Shown piece by piece: positions 1 through 11,806 of a stretch of 32,000 nucleotides of DNA. Positions within the stretch are counted from its first letter, which is position 1. Every line of letters begins with the position of its first letter. The notes under the pieces were generated by a model. It saw only the letters and a program-made list of their open reading frames with translations. It searched no databases and had not been told where the DNA came from. Source of the DNA: Wolbachia endosymbiont of Onchocerca ochengi (GTDB lineage: Bacteria > Pseudomonadota > Alphaproteobacteria > Rickettsiales > Anaplasmataceae); the NCBI RefSeq assembly GCF_000306885.1, contig NC_018267.1, positions 630,001 through 662,000 of the forward strand. Reading direction: 5' to 3'. The position numbers and the translations under genes were made by a program.

Positions 1-985
1 GATCTTTCTCTATATGCTCACGATACTCATCTAATGTTGTAGCTCCTATACAGTGAATTTCTCCACGTGCAAGAGCAGGCTTCAGTAAATTTGAAGCATC
101 CATTGCACCACTTGTTGCTCCTGCTCCGGCTAAAGTATGAAGCTCATCTATAAACAAAATAACTTTCTCATCCGTTTTCAAAAGCTCATTAATAACTGCT
201 TTTAGTCTTTCTTCAAACTCTCCTCTAAACTTTGTTCCAGCAATTAATGCGCCAAGATCTAATGCTAAGACCTTTGCATCGCGTAAACCAAGTGGCACAT
301 CGTTTGTAACAATTCTGTTTGCTAATCCCTCAACTATCGCAGTTTTCCCAACACCAGGCTCACCTATTAGCACTGGATTATTCTTTGTTCGCCTAAGCGA
401 TACCTGTATAGTTCTTCTAATTTCATCATCACGACCAATTACAGGATCAAGCTTGCCTTGCATAGCAAGCTCTGTAACATCCTTTGTATATTTCTTTGCT
501 ACAGTCAACTTTCCCCTTATTCTTGGCGCGCCCGTACTGTTATCTCTCCTTGTTTCTGTAATAACTGAGTTCAATTTCTGCTGTGTAACACCGTTTTCTG
601 TTAGAATTTTACCCACAGTATCACTCCTCTGTGCAGCTAAACTCTGCAGTAATTGCTCAACAGTAACAAATGTATCTTTATTCCTCCTAGCAATACTTAC
701 TGAATCCTCAAAAACTCTTGCCATTTCTCTTGAAAGTTGAAGGCCACTGCTTCCTGGACCTTCAACTACTGGAAACTTTTTTAGTGCACTATTTGTAGCA
801 TCAGAAATACTTTGTACATCCCCACCACAAGCTACTATTAAATCCTGAACTAAATCTGATTCATCTTCAAGCATTGCTTTTAGTAGATGCTCAGGCATAA
901 AAACTTGATGTCCAGCTCCCAACGCTTTCATTTGAGCACTTTGGATTAAGCTCTTTGCTTTTTCGGTAAATTTATTCAAATCCAT
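1..985 (-). CDS. clpB: ATP-dependent chaperone ClpB, N-terminal part (gene runs off the left window edge)
   Basis: Manual translation of the reverse complement from ATG at 985 is open to the edge: [42 protein letters not shown]... with [18 protein letters not shown] (Walker A) and [35 protein letters not shown] (Walker B region). Confidence 0.96.
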   Translation of the reverse strand, partial: MDLNKFTEKAKSLIQSAQMKALGAGHQVFMPEHLLKAMLEDESDLVQDLIVACGGDVQSISDATNSALKKFPVVEGPGSSGLQLSREMARVFEDSVSIARRNKDTFVTVEQLLQSLAAQRSDTVGKILTENGVTQQKLNSVITETRRDNSTGAPRIRGKLTVAKKYTKDVTELAMQGKLDPVIGRDDEIRRTIQVSLRRTKNNPVLIGEPGVGKTAIVEGLANRIVTNDVPLGLRDAKVLALDLGALIAGTKFRGEFEERLKAVINELLKTDEKVILFIDELHTLAGAGATSGAMDASNLLKPALARGEIHCIGATTLDEYREHIEKD

Positions 986-1187
986 AATATAAGTTTAGCT
1001 AACATTTACTAATATATATAGTAACTCCTTCCTTAATTTTAAACTGAAAACAGCTAACTAGGTAAAAATTTATCCTAATGTACACAACTTAAACTTTATA
1101 CGTATAATACTACTACTAAACTCCTGGAAATCACATAAAACCCAAGATTAATATTATATGTTGTGGCTAAAGCTCGTCAAGTATTTT

Positions 1188-2060
1188 CTATGTTGGAAAA
1201 TAATAAGCTTTGAGCTTACTAAAACTTTCTTCAGCATGATATGATGACCTGGTTAATGGACTTGATGCAACCATTAGAAATCCTTTAGAATAAGCAATAT
1301 ATTTATAATGCTCAAATTCTTCTGGGGTAATATATCTATCAACTTTTGCATGTTTTGGAGTTGGCTGCAGGTATTGACCTATTGTTATAAAATCAACTTC
1401 AGCATTTCGTAAATCATCCATGACCTGAAGTACCTCTTCTTTTGTTTCTCCAAGACCAACCATGAGCCCTGATTTTGTGAAAAGTTTAGGATTAGTCTGC
1501 TTTACCATTTTCAACAAATACAATGAATGAAAATAACGTGCCCTTGGCCTTATCTTTGCATATAACCTTGGCACTGTTTCAATATTGTGGTTATAGACAT
1601 CAGGTGATGCAACAGCAATTGCTTCAAATGCACCTTTTTTATTTAAAAAATCGGGAGTTAAAATTTCTATTGTTGTTTCTGGAGTAATCTTTCTAATTTC
1701 TTCTATACACTTTACGAATTGACTTACGCCACCATCTAATAAATCATCACGGTCAACGGAGGTAATGACAACATATTTCAAGTTTAATTTTTTTATTGCC
1801 CTTGCTAAATTTTCTGGTTCGTGAGGGTCTAATTTATCAGGGGTACCAGTTGCAACGTTACAAAACGCACAAGCACGAGTGCAAACAGAACCAAGAATCA
1901 TCATAGCAGCGTGATGTTTGTTCCAGCATTCACCAATGTTTGGGCAAGCGGCTTTCTCGCACACTGTATGTAAGTTATACTGTTTAACAGTGTTTAAGGT
2001 TTCATTAAATATTTTACTAGCTGGAGCTTTTGTCCTGAGCCATGGAGGCTTACTATGCAT
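1188..2060 (-). CDS. lipA: Lipoyl synthase (radical SAM)
   Basis: 290 aa; [13 protein letters not shown] and the radical-SAM motif [10 protein letters not shown], plus [15 protein letters not shown]. Confidence 0.97.
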   Translation of the reverse strand: MHSKPPWLRTKAPASKIFNETLNTVKQYNLHTVCEKAACPNIGECWNKHHAAMMILGSVCTRACAFCNVATGTPDKLDPHEPENLARAIKKLNLKYVVITSVDRDDLLDGGVSQFVKCIEEIRKITPETTIEILTPDFLNKKGAFEAIAVASPDVYNHNIETVPRLYAKIRPRARYFHSLYLLKMVKQTNPKLFTKSGLMVGLGETKEEVLQVMDDLRNAEVDFITIGQYLQPTPKHAKVDRYITPEEFEHYKYIAYSKGFLMVASSPLTRSSYHAEESFSKLKAYYFPT

Positions 2061-2367
2061 CTGAAGTGGCTAATTTTACCTCTTGCCTTGCTAAAACTTT
2101 TTTTAACCTTCTTTTTATTTTCTGTGCTTTCTCACTTAGCTTAATTGTTTTTGTGTTGAGCAAAAAAGCATCAAGGCCGCCTTTATAATCTATAGTCCTT
2201 AAAGTTCTCGCCGCCACACGAAACTTAAATTTCTTATTTAAGATGTTGCTCATCAACGTAACACTATGCAAATTTAAGAGAAAGGTGCGTTTTGTTTTAC
2301 GGTTTGAATGTGATACCTTATTACCAAAAGACTTCCTTCTGTTTGTTAGTTCGCAAACTCTACTCAC
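2053..2367 (-). CDS. rpmB: 50S ribosomal protein L28, probable GTG start (the supplied ORF extends to 2427)
   Basis: From V21 of the 124 aa ORF: [32 protein letters not shown]... is a canonical L28 N-terminus. The 3' end overlaps the lipA start by 8 nt. Confidence 0.92.
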   Translation of the reverse strand: MSRVCELTNRRKSFGNKVSHSNRKTKRTFLLNLHSVTLMSNILNKKFKFRVAARTLRTIDYKGGLDAFLLNTKTIKLSEKAQKIKRRLKKVLARQEVKLATSDA

Positions 2368-2404
2368 TTTGATATACCAAGTTATTCTATGTGCCAAGAT
2401 TATC

Positions 2405-2830
2405 TTATATGTTGAAATAATCAACACTTTCCTGCTTAATTTTTATACTATATACTACTTTGTAGCCAAAGAATATTGTGATTCTCTCTATTATAAGAGA
2501 GATCATATGTTGAATTTCCAGTGCCTTACTACCATTTGCTACTGTGAGATGTAACACACCTGTATTTATATTTTGTGCATAGGAAATCTTTCTTGGCTTT
2601 GTACACTCTGCTATTTCTGCTCCAACTATGTTCCTCCAGTTTAAAATAAGACATATTTCATTTTTGCTCATCCTGCCCTTCATGCATTTTAATGTATAAC
2701 TTTCTACTATAGATCTTAATTTCCTTGGACCACTTTGTCTAAGCATCTTTTTATTACAAACTAAATTCCTTCCTATAGTTACAATATAGTAGTAATGAAT
2801 ATTATTCACAAGCCTCAGTGATCGCGTCAA
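2405..2830 (-). CDS. DUF721 / DciA-like protein; true start may be the internal ATG at 2746
   Basis: 141 aa; 'ILNWRNIVGAEIAECTKPRKIS...GVLHLTVANGSKALEIQHMISLIIERITIFFGYKVVYSIKI' fits the DUF721 pattern. Confidence 0.75.
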   Translation of the reverse strand: MTRSLRLVNNIHYYYIVTIGRNLVCNKKMLRQSGPRKLRSIVESYTLKCMKGRMSKNEICLILNWRNIVGAEIAECTKPRKISYAQNINTGVLHLTVANGSKALEIQHMISLIIERITIFFGYKVVYSIKIKQESVDYFNI

Positions 2831-3655
2831 TAATAAAACTAGTCCATCACGGTAAGTTTAATAGAATCAACCTCGTTGAATAAACTACTACCTTAGAATC
2901 AAGTGTGATAGGATGACTTATTTAAGGTAGATCACGTACAATATATTTAAGCTTTTCTATTAAATCACCTTCATCATTTACTAACTTTATTTAAATTGTT
3001 TGTGTAGAACTGAAAAAATTGTTATAAAATAACCAGTAAGTAAATTAGTTATCAATAATATTAAAAAGGTATTCCTTAATCCAAAGATTATATAAATATA
3101 GTAGTAAAATATTTTGTACTATAAAATAGCTTTTTATTATCCTTTCGTCTTACAATAGGTTAAAAATCTTGCATTATAGTGGTGTGCTGGAATGCAGCTT
3201 TACTCCTTGTCTTCATACCGTAAAAGATAATATTTTATGAAAAGTCTATGCTGATACAGAATCTGTCAGGCATATTACAATCATTCCATTTACTAAACTT
3301 GTTATGCTATGCTGCCACTCTCATTTCATAATTGATTAACTTTTCTGCTTCTAATTAGAATTAGTTTAATCATTACTACCGGAGTGAATTTTTTCCTCTC
3401 GTTGTTATTCAACACTTTATACTAAAATCCAGGAATTTTACTTATAAGTAAGCACACTGAGCTGCTGCTAAATATAAAAGCAGCTTTTTATACTATACTA
3501 AGAGAAATTTTTTTGACAAGCTTGCACAGCAAACTGACTACTAGTGTTAGCTACTTGCACGATATCCTGCTGGTAGGTTCAAATCACAATGTTTGTATAG
3601 CTATGGATTATATGTTAAAATGGTAAACAAGATCATTTAATAGTAGCTGCCATTT

Positions 3656-3856
3656 CTATTTGTAAGATCTCTCCTCAATCCAAGCTGCTTGAATAGCTTC
3701 AAGTATTTTTTCATTGCAGCGTTTTTCATCATCATCAAACTTTTCTAAACCTAAGACTTTTTTCTTAAGCTCAGTAAATCTGATATTAATTATGTCCTCG
3801 TTTGGAAATTTTTTTTCTAAAGCTTCTACGATGCTTTCTATATTGAGCCATTTCAT
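3656..3856 (-). CDS. iscX: Fe-S cluster assembly protein IscX (YfhJ-like)
   Basis: 66 aa; MKWLNIESIVEALEKKFPNEDIINIRFTELKKKVLGLEKFDDDEKRCNEKILEAIQAAWIEE matches IscX in length and in the 'LE.FDDD...NEKILEAIQ..W..E' signature. Confidence 0.88.
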   Translation of the reverse strand: MKWLNIESIVEALEKKFPNEDIINIRFTELKKKVLGLEKFDDDEKRCNEKILEAIQAAWIEERSYK

Positions 3857-3884
3857 ATTTCTTGTATCTTTTCATAAACTAAAC

Positions 3885-3971
3885 TGGTGCCCATGGGGAG
3901 ACTTGAACTCCCAAGGCCGCAAAACCCACGGATTTTAAGTCCGCTGCGTCTACCAATTCCGCCACACAGGC
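3885..3971 (-). tRNA. tRNA-Leu (anticodon TAA), CCA encoded
   Basis: Reverse complement GCCTGTGTGGCGGAATTGGTAGACGCAGCGGACTTAAAATCCGTGGG...GGGAGTTCAAGTCTCCCCATGGGCACCA; long variable arm, paired acceptor stem, TTCAAGT T-loop. Confidence 0.96.
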
Positions 3972-3980
3972 CCTTTTATT

Positions 3981-4595
3981 TTACCTAGAGTAAAATTCTA
4001 CTACTAAATTAACTTCCATATCTGCTGAGTAAGGAACTTCAGAATACTGAGGTACTCTTAAATACTTTACTGAATGCTCTTTACTATTTATTTCTAAATA
4101 ACCTGGAGCTTTGCGTTCTTGTTTTTCTATGGTCTCTATTACTACAGGGATTTTTACTGCGCTTTCTCTTATTTTCACTATATCACCAGGTTTTACTCGA
4201 TAACTTGATATGTTAACCACTCTATCATTAACTGTAACATGCTTATGAGATATAAGTTGCTTTGCTGAGTAAATTGTTGGCACAAGACCAGAATGATATA
4301 AAACAGCACTTAACCTTGATTCTAAGATGCCAATAAAATTATCAGCTGTATAACCTTTTCTGTTATAAGCATCTAAAAATATACGCCTGAGTTGTTTACT
4401 TGAAATTGCATAATAAAACTTAAATTTCTTATGTGCAGCAAACTGCTTACCAAAATCAGATAACCTTTTGAACCCAAGAATACCATGTTGTCCTGGGGGA
4501 TATTTCCTTTTGTTTACTTGGTCTTTTACCCTACCCCATAAATTCATGCCAAGCCTACGGCTGATTCTATACTTTCTACTAACAACAGTTGTCAT
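3981..4595 (-). CDS. rpsD: 30S ribosomal protein S4
   Basis: 204 aa; [75 protein letters not shown] (S4 domain). Confidence 0.97.
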   Translation of the reverse strand: MTTVVSRKYRISRRLGMNLWGRVKDQVNKRKYPPGQHGILGFKRLSDFGKQFAAHKKFKFYYAISSKQLRRIFLDAYNRKGYTADNFIGILESRLSAVLYHSGLVPTIYSAKQLISHKHVTVNDRVVNISSYRVKPGDIVKIRESAVKIPVVIETIEKQERKAPGYLEINSKEHSVKYLRVPQYSEVPYSADMEVNLVVEFYSR

Positions 4596-4712
4596 ATCAA
4601 AATCTTAACAATATAACTCTAGATTATTAAAGATTTTAGTATTAAGTGTCAACTTGTTTTTGCTAATATAGTATATTACACTTTACTTTTAAGTTCTCTT
4701 ATCTATCGACAT

Positions 4713-6737
4713 ATGAATTATCTACTTTTGAAATCTATGGCAAATGCCATCCGCTTTTTGTCAATTGATGCAGTACAGAAAGCGAACTCTGGGCACTTAG
4801 GTATGCCACTTGGCATGGCAGATATTGCAACTATCTTATTTACCAAATACTTCAATCACAACTCTGATGATTCTAAATGGTTCAATAGAGACCGTTTTGT
4901 TTTATCAAATGGTCATGGTTCAATGTTACTATATTCCATATTATACCTGACAGGTTATATTAGTATAGATGAGTTAAAAAATTTTAGGCAATTCAGATCT
5001 AAAACTCCAGGTCATCCAGAATTTTGTCTAACTCCTGGGGTGGACGCAACAACAGGTCCACTAGGGCAAGGGTTCGCTATTTCAGTAGGTATGGCACTTG
5101 CTGAATTGATTCTTGAAAAGCAGTTTGGAATTAATCACTACACTTATGTAGTGTTAGGAGATGGCTGTCTCATGGAAGGAATAAGTCACGAAGCAGCATC
5201 ACTTGCTGGGCATCTTAAATTGAATAAGTTGATAGCCTTTTTTGATGATAATGATATCACCATAGATGGTGCTACTAGCATCTCTTGTTCTGATGATGTA
5301 GAAAAGCGTTTTTTAGCATATGGATGGAACGTTAATAAAATTGATGGGCATGATTTCGACTCTATATCGCTCGCAATTGAGCAAGCACAAAGGTCTAATA
5401 AACCTACATTAATTTGTTGCAAAACTATCATTGGGAAATTTTCAAGCTGTGCTGGCACAGCTTCCGCTCACAGTGGTGCTTTTACAGAGAAAGATGTAAA
5501 GCAAATAAGAGAAAAATTAAATTGGAACTATGAACCGTTTTATGTTCCAGAAGATATAAAAAATGCTTGGATGAAGGCAGTTAAGAGAGCAAAGCAAAAC
5601 TATAATTCAGTGTTATTTAAGCGTATGGATAGTGAAGAAAAAAAAGAATGGATTCCAGTATATGATACTGGAACGACAAGATATCATGCAGAACTTCAAA
5701 GACGGCTAGATAAACGTTTACCAGATAATATTAACAGTGATTTAGCAAACTTAAAGAAACAAATACATGAAAGAATGCCAAGTGAAGCTACACGATTTTC
5801 TTTCGGCAAGGTAATGGAATTTTTAACTAATTCTATGCCAGAATTAATTGGCGGGTCCGCTGATCTTACCGGGTCAAATTGTACTAAGTATGGGCATATG
5901 AAGATAATAGATAGAGATAATCGCAATGGTTCTTATCTTCATTATGGAGTAAGAGAGCATGCTATGGCAGCCTGTATGAATGGCATGGCTCTTCATGGTG
6001 GTATTATTCCTTATGGAGGCACTTTTTTGGTATTTTCTGACTATTATCGTCCCGCTATACGCCTTTCAGCTTTGATGAAACAGCAGATTATATATATAAC
6101 AACTCACGATTCAATTGGAGTAGGAGAAGATGGTCCAACTCATCAACCGATAGAGCATTTATCCTCTTTTCGAGCTATACCGAATCTGTATCTTTTTAGG
6201 CCGGCTGATGCACTTGAGACTCTAGAATGCGTTAGTATTGCATTGGAAAAAAAAGAATCACCTACGTTGTTTGCACTTTCAAGGCAAAGTGTGAATTATA
6301 CACGCAAATTCCACTTTGACATTGATCAATCCGCTAACTTATCAAAGCTTGGTGCATATATTTTATGTGAATACTTAGAAAAATTACAAGTAACGATATT
6401 TGCTACTGGATCTGAAGTTGAAATTGCAGTTGAAGCAAGGGAAAAATTACAGGGGAAAGGGATAGGTACAAGAGTTGTTTCTATGCCATGCTGGAGACTT
6501 TTTGATGAGCAAAGTGATGAATATAAAAAGACAATATTAGGTAATGACAGCATTAAAGTTGCAATTGAAGCTGGAAGTGAAGTTGGTTGGCACAAATATA
6601 TAGGTTCAAACGGTATATTTGTTGGCATGGAGAGCTTTGGAGAATCGGCGTCTTATAAAGTACTTTACAAATATTTTAACATTAATGCTGATTATGTAGT
6701 AAAATGTGTGTGTGAGAAACTGGTTTATGTTGAGTAA
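4713..6737 (+). CDS. tkt: Transketolase
   Basis: 674 aa; ANSGHLGMPLGMADIATILF, GDGCLMEGISHEAASLAGHLKLNKLIAFFDDNDITIDG, THDSIGVGEDGPTHQPIEHLSSFRAIPN. Confidence 0.97.
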   Translation: MNYLLLKSMANAIRFLSIDAVQKANSGHLGMPLGMADIATILFTKYFNHNSDDSKWFNRDRFVLSNGHGSMLLYSILYLTGYISIDELKNFRQFRSKTPGHPEFCLTPGVDATTGPLGQGFAISVGMALAELILEKQFGINHYTYVVLGDGCLMEGISHEAASLAGHLKLNKLIAFFDDNDITIDGATSISCSDDVEKRFLAYGWNVNKIDGHDFDSISLAIEQAQRSNKPTLICCKTIIGKFSSCAGTASAHSGAFTEKDVKQIREKLNWNYEPFYVPEDIKNAWMKAVKRAKQNYNSVLFKRMDSEEKKEWIPVYDTGTTRYHAELQRRLDKRLPDNINSDLANLKKQIHERMPSEATRFSFGKVMEFLTNSMPELIGGSADLTGSNCTKYGHMKIIDRDNRNGSYLHYGVREHAMAACMNGMALHGGIIPYGGTFLVFSDYYRPAIRLSALMKQQIIYITTHDSIGVGEDGPTHQPIEHLSSFRAIPNLYLFRPADALETLECVSIALEKKESPTLFALSRQSVNYTRKFHFDIDQSANLSKLGAYILCEYLEKLQVTIFATGSEVEIAVEAREKLQGKGIGTRVVSMPCWRLFDEQSDEYKKTILGNDSIKVAIEAGSEVGWHKYIGSNGIFVGMESFGESASYKVLYKYFNINADYVVKCVCEKLVYVE

Positions 6738-7194
6738 GCTTATGTAACTATATGAAACCCTATTCTTTTTTACTGTGTTAGTATGTGATGTACAACTGTA
6801 TAAATATTATGATTTGAGAATAGGAGAGCAGAACTGCCTAACAAATTTCACTAGCCTCTTTGGTATAGAGTATCGAAGATGCTCATTTATCTTTATTCTG
6901 TGCAGATTAAATAGCAGAAAAATTTAGCATATTTGGTGCACCATATGCACCGTATATCTTTAAAAGCTTCTGTGTCTTTTGCTTATACAAGTTGAAATGT
7001 GCTTATGAAATGTTCAAGACGTCAAAAAAATCTATATTATTAAGATAAGCAGTGAGTAATTAGCTATTTGGAATTTCTTTTGCCTTTCTTCTTTGCTTGT
7101 AAATTTTTTAAGATAGTTTAAGGGCAATATAGTATTACAAAAAGCACCAATATGTTAAAATGTACACTCTTTTTCCAAGTTATATAAGAAAAGT

Positions 7195-8031
7195 CTATTG
7201 CTTAATAATAATGCATCTTTTTGTTCCCGTTAAATCATACACATATTCTTGCAAAAATAATCCATATGAAGGAATTATTTTATCAATGTCACTTTGATCT
7301 TCACCTACTTCTAATATCACAAACCCATTTTTCTTAAGGCATTTTCTCAATATTGGAAAAATACTTAAGTAACAGTTTAAGCCATCAATACCACCATCAA
7401 GGGCTATTCTCGGTTCTTTTTGTACTTCGGCTTGCAGATCTTTCAACTTATTTCTTTTGATATATGGAGGATTACTAATTATAAGATCAAATAAGCCTCT
7501 GCACTCTGTCCATGAACTTGGAAGTATTTTAGCTCTGTCAAGTAAATTATGTCTTTTTACATTCCGGCAAGCAACTCTATATGCTTTTAAACTCTTCTCA
7601 AAACCAACACCAACGGCATATTCATATTCACTAAGTAAGGATATTAGTAAGCAACCTGTACCTGTGCCAAAATCTGCAATTTTTAATCTCTGCTTTTTGT
7701 TTGGATAGCATTTTAACACTGCTAAAATTATTGTCTCACTGTCTGGTCTTGGATCCAAAACATGCTGATTGACTATAAAATTTTTACTCCAGAATTCACG
7801 TTTACCTATTATTTGTGATATTGGATACCTTTTCGCTCTTTTTTTTGTTAATTTCCAAAATAACTTTTCCTTCTCCATCGGTACTTGATCGGTACGGTTC
7901 ATAATTATGTATGATCTCTCTACTTCAAGAACATGCTGCATTATGATCTCACAATCCAAACATGGTGATTCAACTTTATGTGACGATAACAGTTTTGATC
8001 CTTCTTGAATTAAAGTGCTGATCGTTTTCAT
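7195..8031 (-). CDS. prmC: Release-factor glutamine N5-methyltransferase PrmC/HemK
   Basis: 278 aa; SQIIGKREFWSKNFIVNQHVLDPRPDSETII, IADFGTGTGCLLISLL, DLIISNPPYI (NPPY). Confidence 0.95.
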   Translation of the reverse strand: MKTISTLIQEGSKLLSSHKVESPCLDCEIIMQHVLEVERSYIIMNRTDQVPMEKEKLFWKLTKKRAKRYPISQIIGKREFWSKNFIVNQHVLDPRPDSETIILAVLKCYPNKKQRLKIADFGTGTGCLLISLLSEYEYAVGVGFEKSLKAYRVACRNVKRHNLLDRAKILPSSWTECRGLFDLIISNPPYIKRNKLKDLQAEVQKEPRIALDGGIDGLNCYLSIFPILRKCLKKNGFVILEVGEDQSDIDKIIPSYGLFLQEYVYDLTGTKRCIIIKQ

Positions 8032-8339
8032 TGTTCTAAAAGTTTGACCTTTTTAATTGTATGCGAACGTTATGATTTAAGTCCGATAGGGAAAACATTA
8101 CATTTTTTGCTTATCATCTTCAGGTAACTAATACTAGGACCTAATTTTCATTACATAATTCTATTAAAAACAGTACACCAATTTGCAATTAAGTTTTCTA
8201 GATCTCAAATGCCAGTGCCACTTGAATGACAGCTTGTAGATATACATAAGTGCAAAGCCTAAGTTAGAGTAACTGTACTAAATTTTAGTGTCAAATAAAT
8301 TATAGCCTGATCTACTTCAGTTTCACCGTCAGTTTGTGA

Positions 8340-9270
8340 AGTTTTTCTTAGTTCTGTTAAAGGATTCTCTATTTTTCTCAGCTGAGAGTGCCTAAATTGT
8401 TATGTATGTTTTGTTTGGTAAAGCTGAATCAAAATTTTTATTAACCTATCTTGCTCCGTATATTACTTACTAATTTCTTAAATCCTTCTACATTGCATAA
8501 CTGCTTAATTTCGTGTAGCATACTTTCGAATATTTTTTTATTTAAGATAAGTTTTGACGAATTTTTCTGATATCCAGCAATCTTTTACTGATATATAAGT
8601 TTAATTATTTTTTAGTATGCGCTATCCCTAAATGAATATTCACTTTTTTCTTATGCAAGAACTCTGAAAGCTTTTACAATTAAGGGCTGCCTAACCATAT
8701 TTTTTATGTCATTTAATTATACTAGCATTAACTTACCTATTTTCCTCAAGTTTTTCTTCCGTTATTCTTTTTTTCGATTGCATTCTTGGATTTATCTTAT
8801 CACATAAATTTCCATATTTTTTATATAAGGTACTATTGGTTGCAATACTTCTTTTTCTCTATACCTTTGTCGTAAAAACTCTTTAACTCATTACTTTGAT
8901 AGTACTGCTGTAACGTTGTCTCTTTTACCATGTAATTTAGAATACGTTTCGTTGAACGAATTATCATGGTTTAATAGGAAGTCTTTAATTGGTTCTTTTC
9001 TTTTTACCTAAAACGATTTCTCTAATATTCTAATACATTTCAACATTATTACAAAAAGTTGAGCTCAACTAACTTAAATAGATAAAGAGGCTATCCTTAA
9101 CTTCTATAAAAATTTCTAATTGTTTTTACTATTGATTGTCTATTATCAGTAAGTCTTTTTAGTTTTACTCTCTTCATTTTAATCTTTTCTTGAGTTTCTT
9201 TCACATTTTTTGAAAACTTTCTGGTTTGCTTTTTTGCTACTGAGAGTTTATGAAAGGCTTTTTTATGTTA
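8340..9270 (-). pseudogene. Decayed minus-strand coding remnant(s) of unknown identity
   Basis: Hand translation gives broken, coding-like segments on one strand: 8441-8539 ...KKIFESMLHEIKQLCNVEGFKKLVSNIRSKIG*; about 8891-9000 ...KEPIKDFLLNHDNSFNETYSKLHGKRDNVTAVLSK*; about 9097-9261 KAFHKLSVAKKQTRKFSKNVKETQEKIKMKRVKLKRLTDNRQSIVKTIRNFYRS*. Boundaries approximate. Confidence 0.4.
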
Positions 9271-9823
9271 ACCTTTTTGAAAACACCAATAGCTTCTTTA
9301 ATCGTTTTTTCTCTATTTATTGCCTTGGTTCTTATTCAGCACTAGATTATTAGGTACTTAACTTCCGTGAAAACATTACCATAAACACTTCTAGTAACAT
9401 TATAAATAATATATTTTACAACTTACTTAGTTACATATAATTTATTTTCTTTGCAAGCCAATCAGCAAATAGTCGCTAAATCTCTTTATTAATAATTTAC
9501 TTTTCTTATATTTGAAATCTTCTTACTTTTAAAATCCCAAAACAGTATAGAGATTTTTTTAAATCAATTACTGACTTGTTATTACTGTTCTATTTTATTA
9601 TTTTTACTAATATAAAGATTTGCTAATCTTGATTGTACCTATGATATTACTTCAACACCAATCCTAAAGAATAAAAGTGTAAAACTTAATATTTAATTTT
9701 TACTTACTGTTACCGTGATTGATACAGTAAAGTATGGAAGCATCATGCTAGTTTTATTTTTATATTAAAACTTTAACTTTCAACTTATTATTAGTAATAT
9801 CATTGTATAAATATCTATAACTT

Positions 9824-11806
9824 ATGTCTGAGCTTGGAAACATATTGCTACTAGCAGCTTGCTTATTATCATTAATATATTTATTTTTACCGCTTAGTTC
9901 TTACCGATTTATTACTATTGCTGTATTTTTCTGTGTATCAGCGTCAATGGCTATTTTGATTTACTGCCACATTACAAACGATTTCTCACTTGAAAATGTA
10001 TATTACCACTCTCATACAACAAAGCCTTTGATCTATAAAATCTGTGGTGTTTGGGGGAATAAGGAAGGGTCAATGCTGCTTTGGACCTTAGTGCTTACCT
10101 TTTACCTGTTTCTGATGGGTACTTTCATTGATAATAGCAGTGAATTGAAGAGGGTGTCCTTAATTACTCAAAGCTTGATTTGCTTCTGTTTTTTGTTGTT
10201 TACTTTACTTGAATCTAATCCTTTTGTTAAAATGACAAGTATTGAAACGGATGGCCTTGGTTTTAATCCGATATTGCAGGATATCGGTCTTGCAATCCAT
10301 CCACCGATATTATATTTGGGATATCTTGGGTTTAGTGTTCCCTTCTCGCTTTCTATAGCTGGGTTAATTGTAGACACTAAAGGAAACCTTTGGGCTAGGA
10401 TTATCAGGCCTTGGGTACTTGTCTCTTGGTCATTGCTTACTTTTGGCATTAGCTTTGGCAGTTGGTGGGCATATCGTGAGCTTGGTTGGGGCGGGTTTTG
10501 GTTTTGGGACCCAGTAGAAAATGTTTCCTTGATGCCGTGGTTAATTGCAGTAGCACTGATACATTTGCTACTTGTAGTACAAAATTTTAATGTTTTAAGG
10601 AATTTTGCTACTTTGCTTGCACTTACAACTTTTACACTGAGTGTGGCTGGAACATTTTTAGTTCGCTCAGGAATACTTGCTTCAGTGCACACGTTTACAG
10701 ATGATCCAAGGTATGGATTATATATATTAGCTTTACTTAGTGTAATTGTAATTAGCAGCTTAGTAATATTTGTAGTGTGTGCGAGAAAAAAACATATATC
10801 TTTGTTGTCATTACAGTATTTAACACTGAAATCTAGAGAGAAAGAAAATATAAAACCTGGTGGTCAAGTTGATCAGATACCAGGGAGTAGAAGATTCTTT
10901 TCACGATTTACAATGATGTTAATAAACAATTTGTTGTTTATTACAGCATTTTTTATTGTTTTTGTTGGTACCTTATACCCTGTAATGCTCGAATATTTGA
11001 CTGGTGAACTTATTTCAGTTGGAGCACCATATTACAATTCCTTATTTAACCCTATTGTGCTAGTCGTTCTAGTGCTCATTATGGTAGGACAATATTGTCG
11101 TTGGCAAGGAAATAGTTTATCATCAATACTCCGTGAATATAAATTCACATTTTGTAGTGCTGCAGCTATTTTACCATTTATTTTTCATATGAAGTTAATG
11201 ATCGTATTATCAATTACCATTTCTATAGCATTATTAGTCTTTATTTTGGAAGCATATAGTAAAAGAATCCGTTTATTTAAGATGGCACTGGGAGAATCAA
11301 TTTTATTAGCAAAGAGAGTTTCCGGGTCTTACTATGCTATGATGCTCGCTCATGCTGGAGTAGCAATTCTAGTACTTGGTATAACCTGTTCAGTTGGTTG
11401 GCAAGAGAAAAAAGAGAACTACTTAAAAATAGGGGATAGCATAACAGTCAATAAATTTGAGGTCACTTTACGAAATATCGAATTAATAAGAGAGAAAAAT
11501 TTCCAAGCAGTAAGAGGCACAATGGATATTAGGAATCTATTGAGTAACAGGGTGCTAGGTGAAGTAACTCCTGAATACAGATTTTATCTTGTGGAAGGTC
11601 AGAGGAATGCTGAAAGTAGCATTTATCACAATTTATTTTTTGATATTTACGTTATAATCGGCAAAATCAATAAGAATAAGAACAAGATTGCTACTAAAGT
11701 ATATTACAAACCTGGAATGTCTACAATTTGGCTTGGATCTTTTCTCATTGCTTTTGGCTCGTTTTTCGCTGCTGTTTCTTCTTATAAACGAGCAAAGGTT
11801 ATCTAG
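9824..11806 (+). CDS. ccmF: Cytochrome c-type biogenesis protein CcmF (heme lyase subunit)
   Basis: 660 aa multi-TM protein; WGGFWFWDPVENVSLMPWL (WWD-type heme-handling motif), NKEGSMLLW, DIGLAIHPPILYLGYLGFSVPFS. Confidence 0.97.
   Translation: MSELGNILLLAACLLSLIYLFLPLSSYRFITIAVFFCVSASMAILIYCHITNDFSLENVYYHSHTTKPLIYKICGVWGNKEGSMLLWTLVLTFYLFLMGTFIDNSSELKRVSLITQSLICFCFLLFTLLESNPFVKMTSIETDGLGFNPILQDIGLAIHPPILYLGYLGFSVPFSLSIAGLIVDTKGNLWARIIRPWVLVSWSLLTFGISFGSWWAYRELGWGGFWFWDPVENVSLMPWLIAVALIHLLLVVQNFNVLRNFATLLALTTFTLSVAGTFLVRSGILASVHTFTDDPRYGLYILALLSVIVISSLVIFVVCARKKHISLLSLQYLTLKSREKENIKPGGQVDQIPGSRRFFSRFTMMLINNLLFITAFFIVFVGTLYPVMLEYLTGELISVGAPYYNSLFNPIVLVVLVLIMVGQYCRWQGNSLSSILREYKFTFCSAAAILPFIFHMKLMIVLSITISIALLVFILEAYSKRIRLFKMALGESILLAKRVSGSYYAMMLAHAGVAILVLGITCSVGWQEKKENYLKIGDSITVNKFEVTLRNIELIREKNFQAVRGTMDIRNLLSNRVLGEVTPEYRFYLVEGQRNAESSIYHNLFFDIYVIIGKINKNKNKIATKVYYKPGMSTIWLGSFLIAFGSFFAAVSSYKRAKVI

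Noticed and set aside
2243-2554. 103 aa plus-strand ORF
   Set aside because: Antisense to rpmB and the DUF721 gene; no family match.
3560-3620. tRNA/tmRNA-like T-arm string (ggtaggttcaaatcac)
   Set aside because: The flanks do not form a 5-bp T-stem, and no acceptor stem or anticodon arm is nearby.
10168-10692. 174 aa minus-strand ORF opposite ccmF
   Set aside because: Lies entirely antisense to a well-supported ccmF; composition is that of a shadow ORF.
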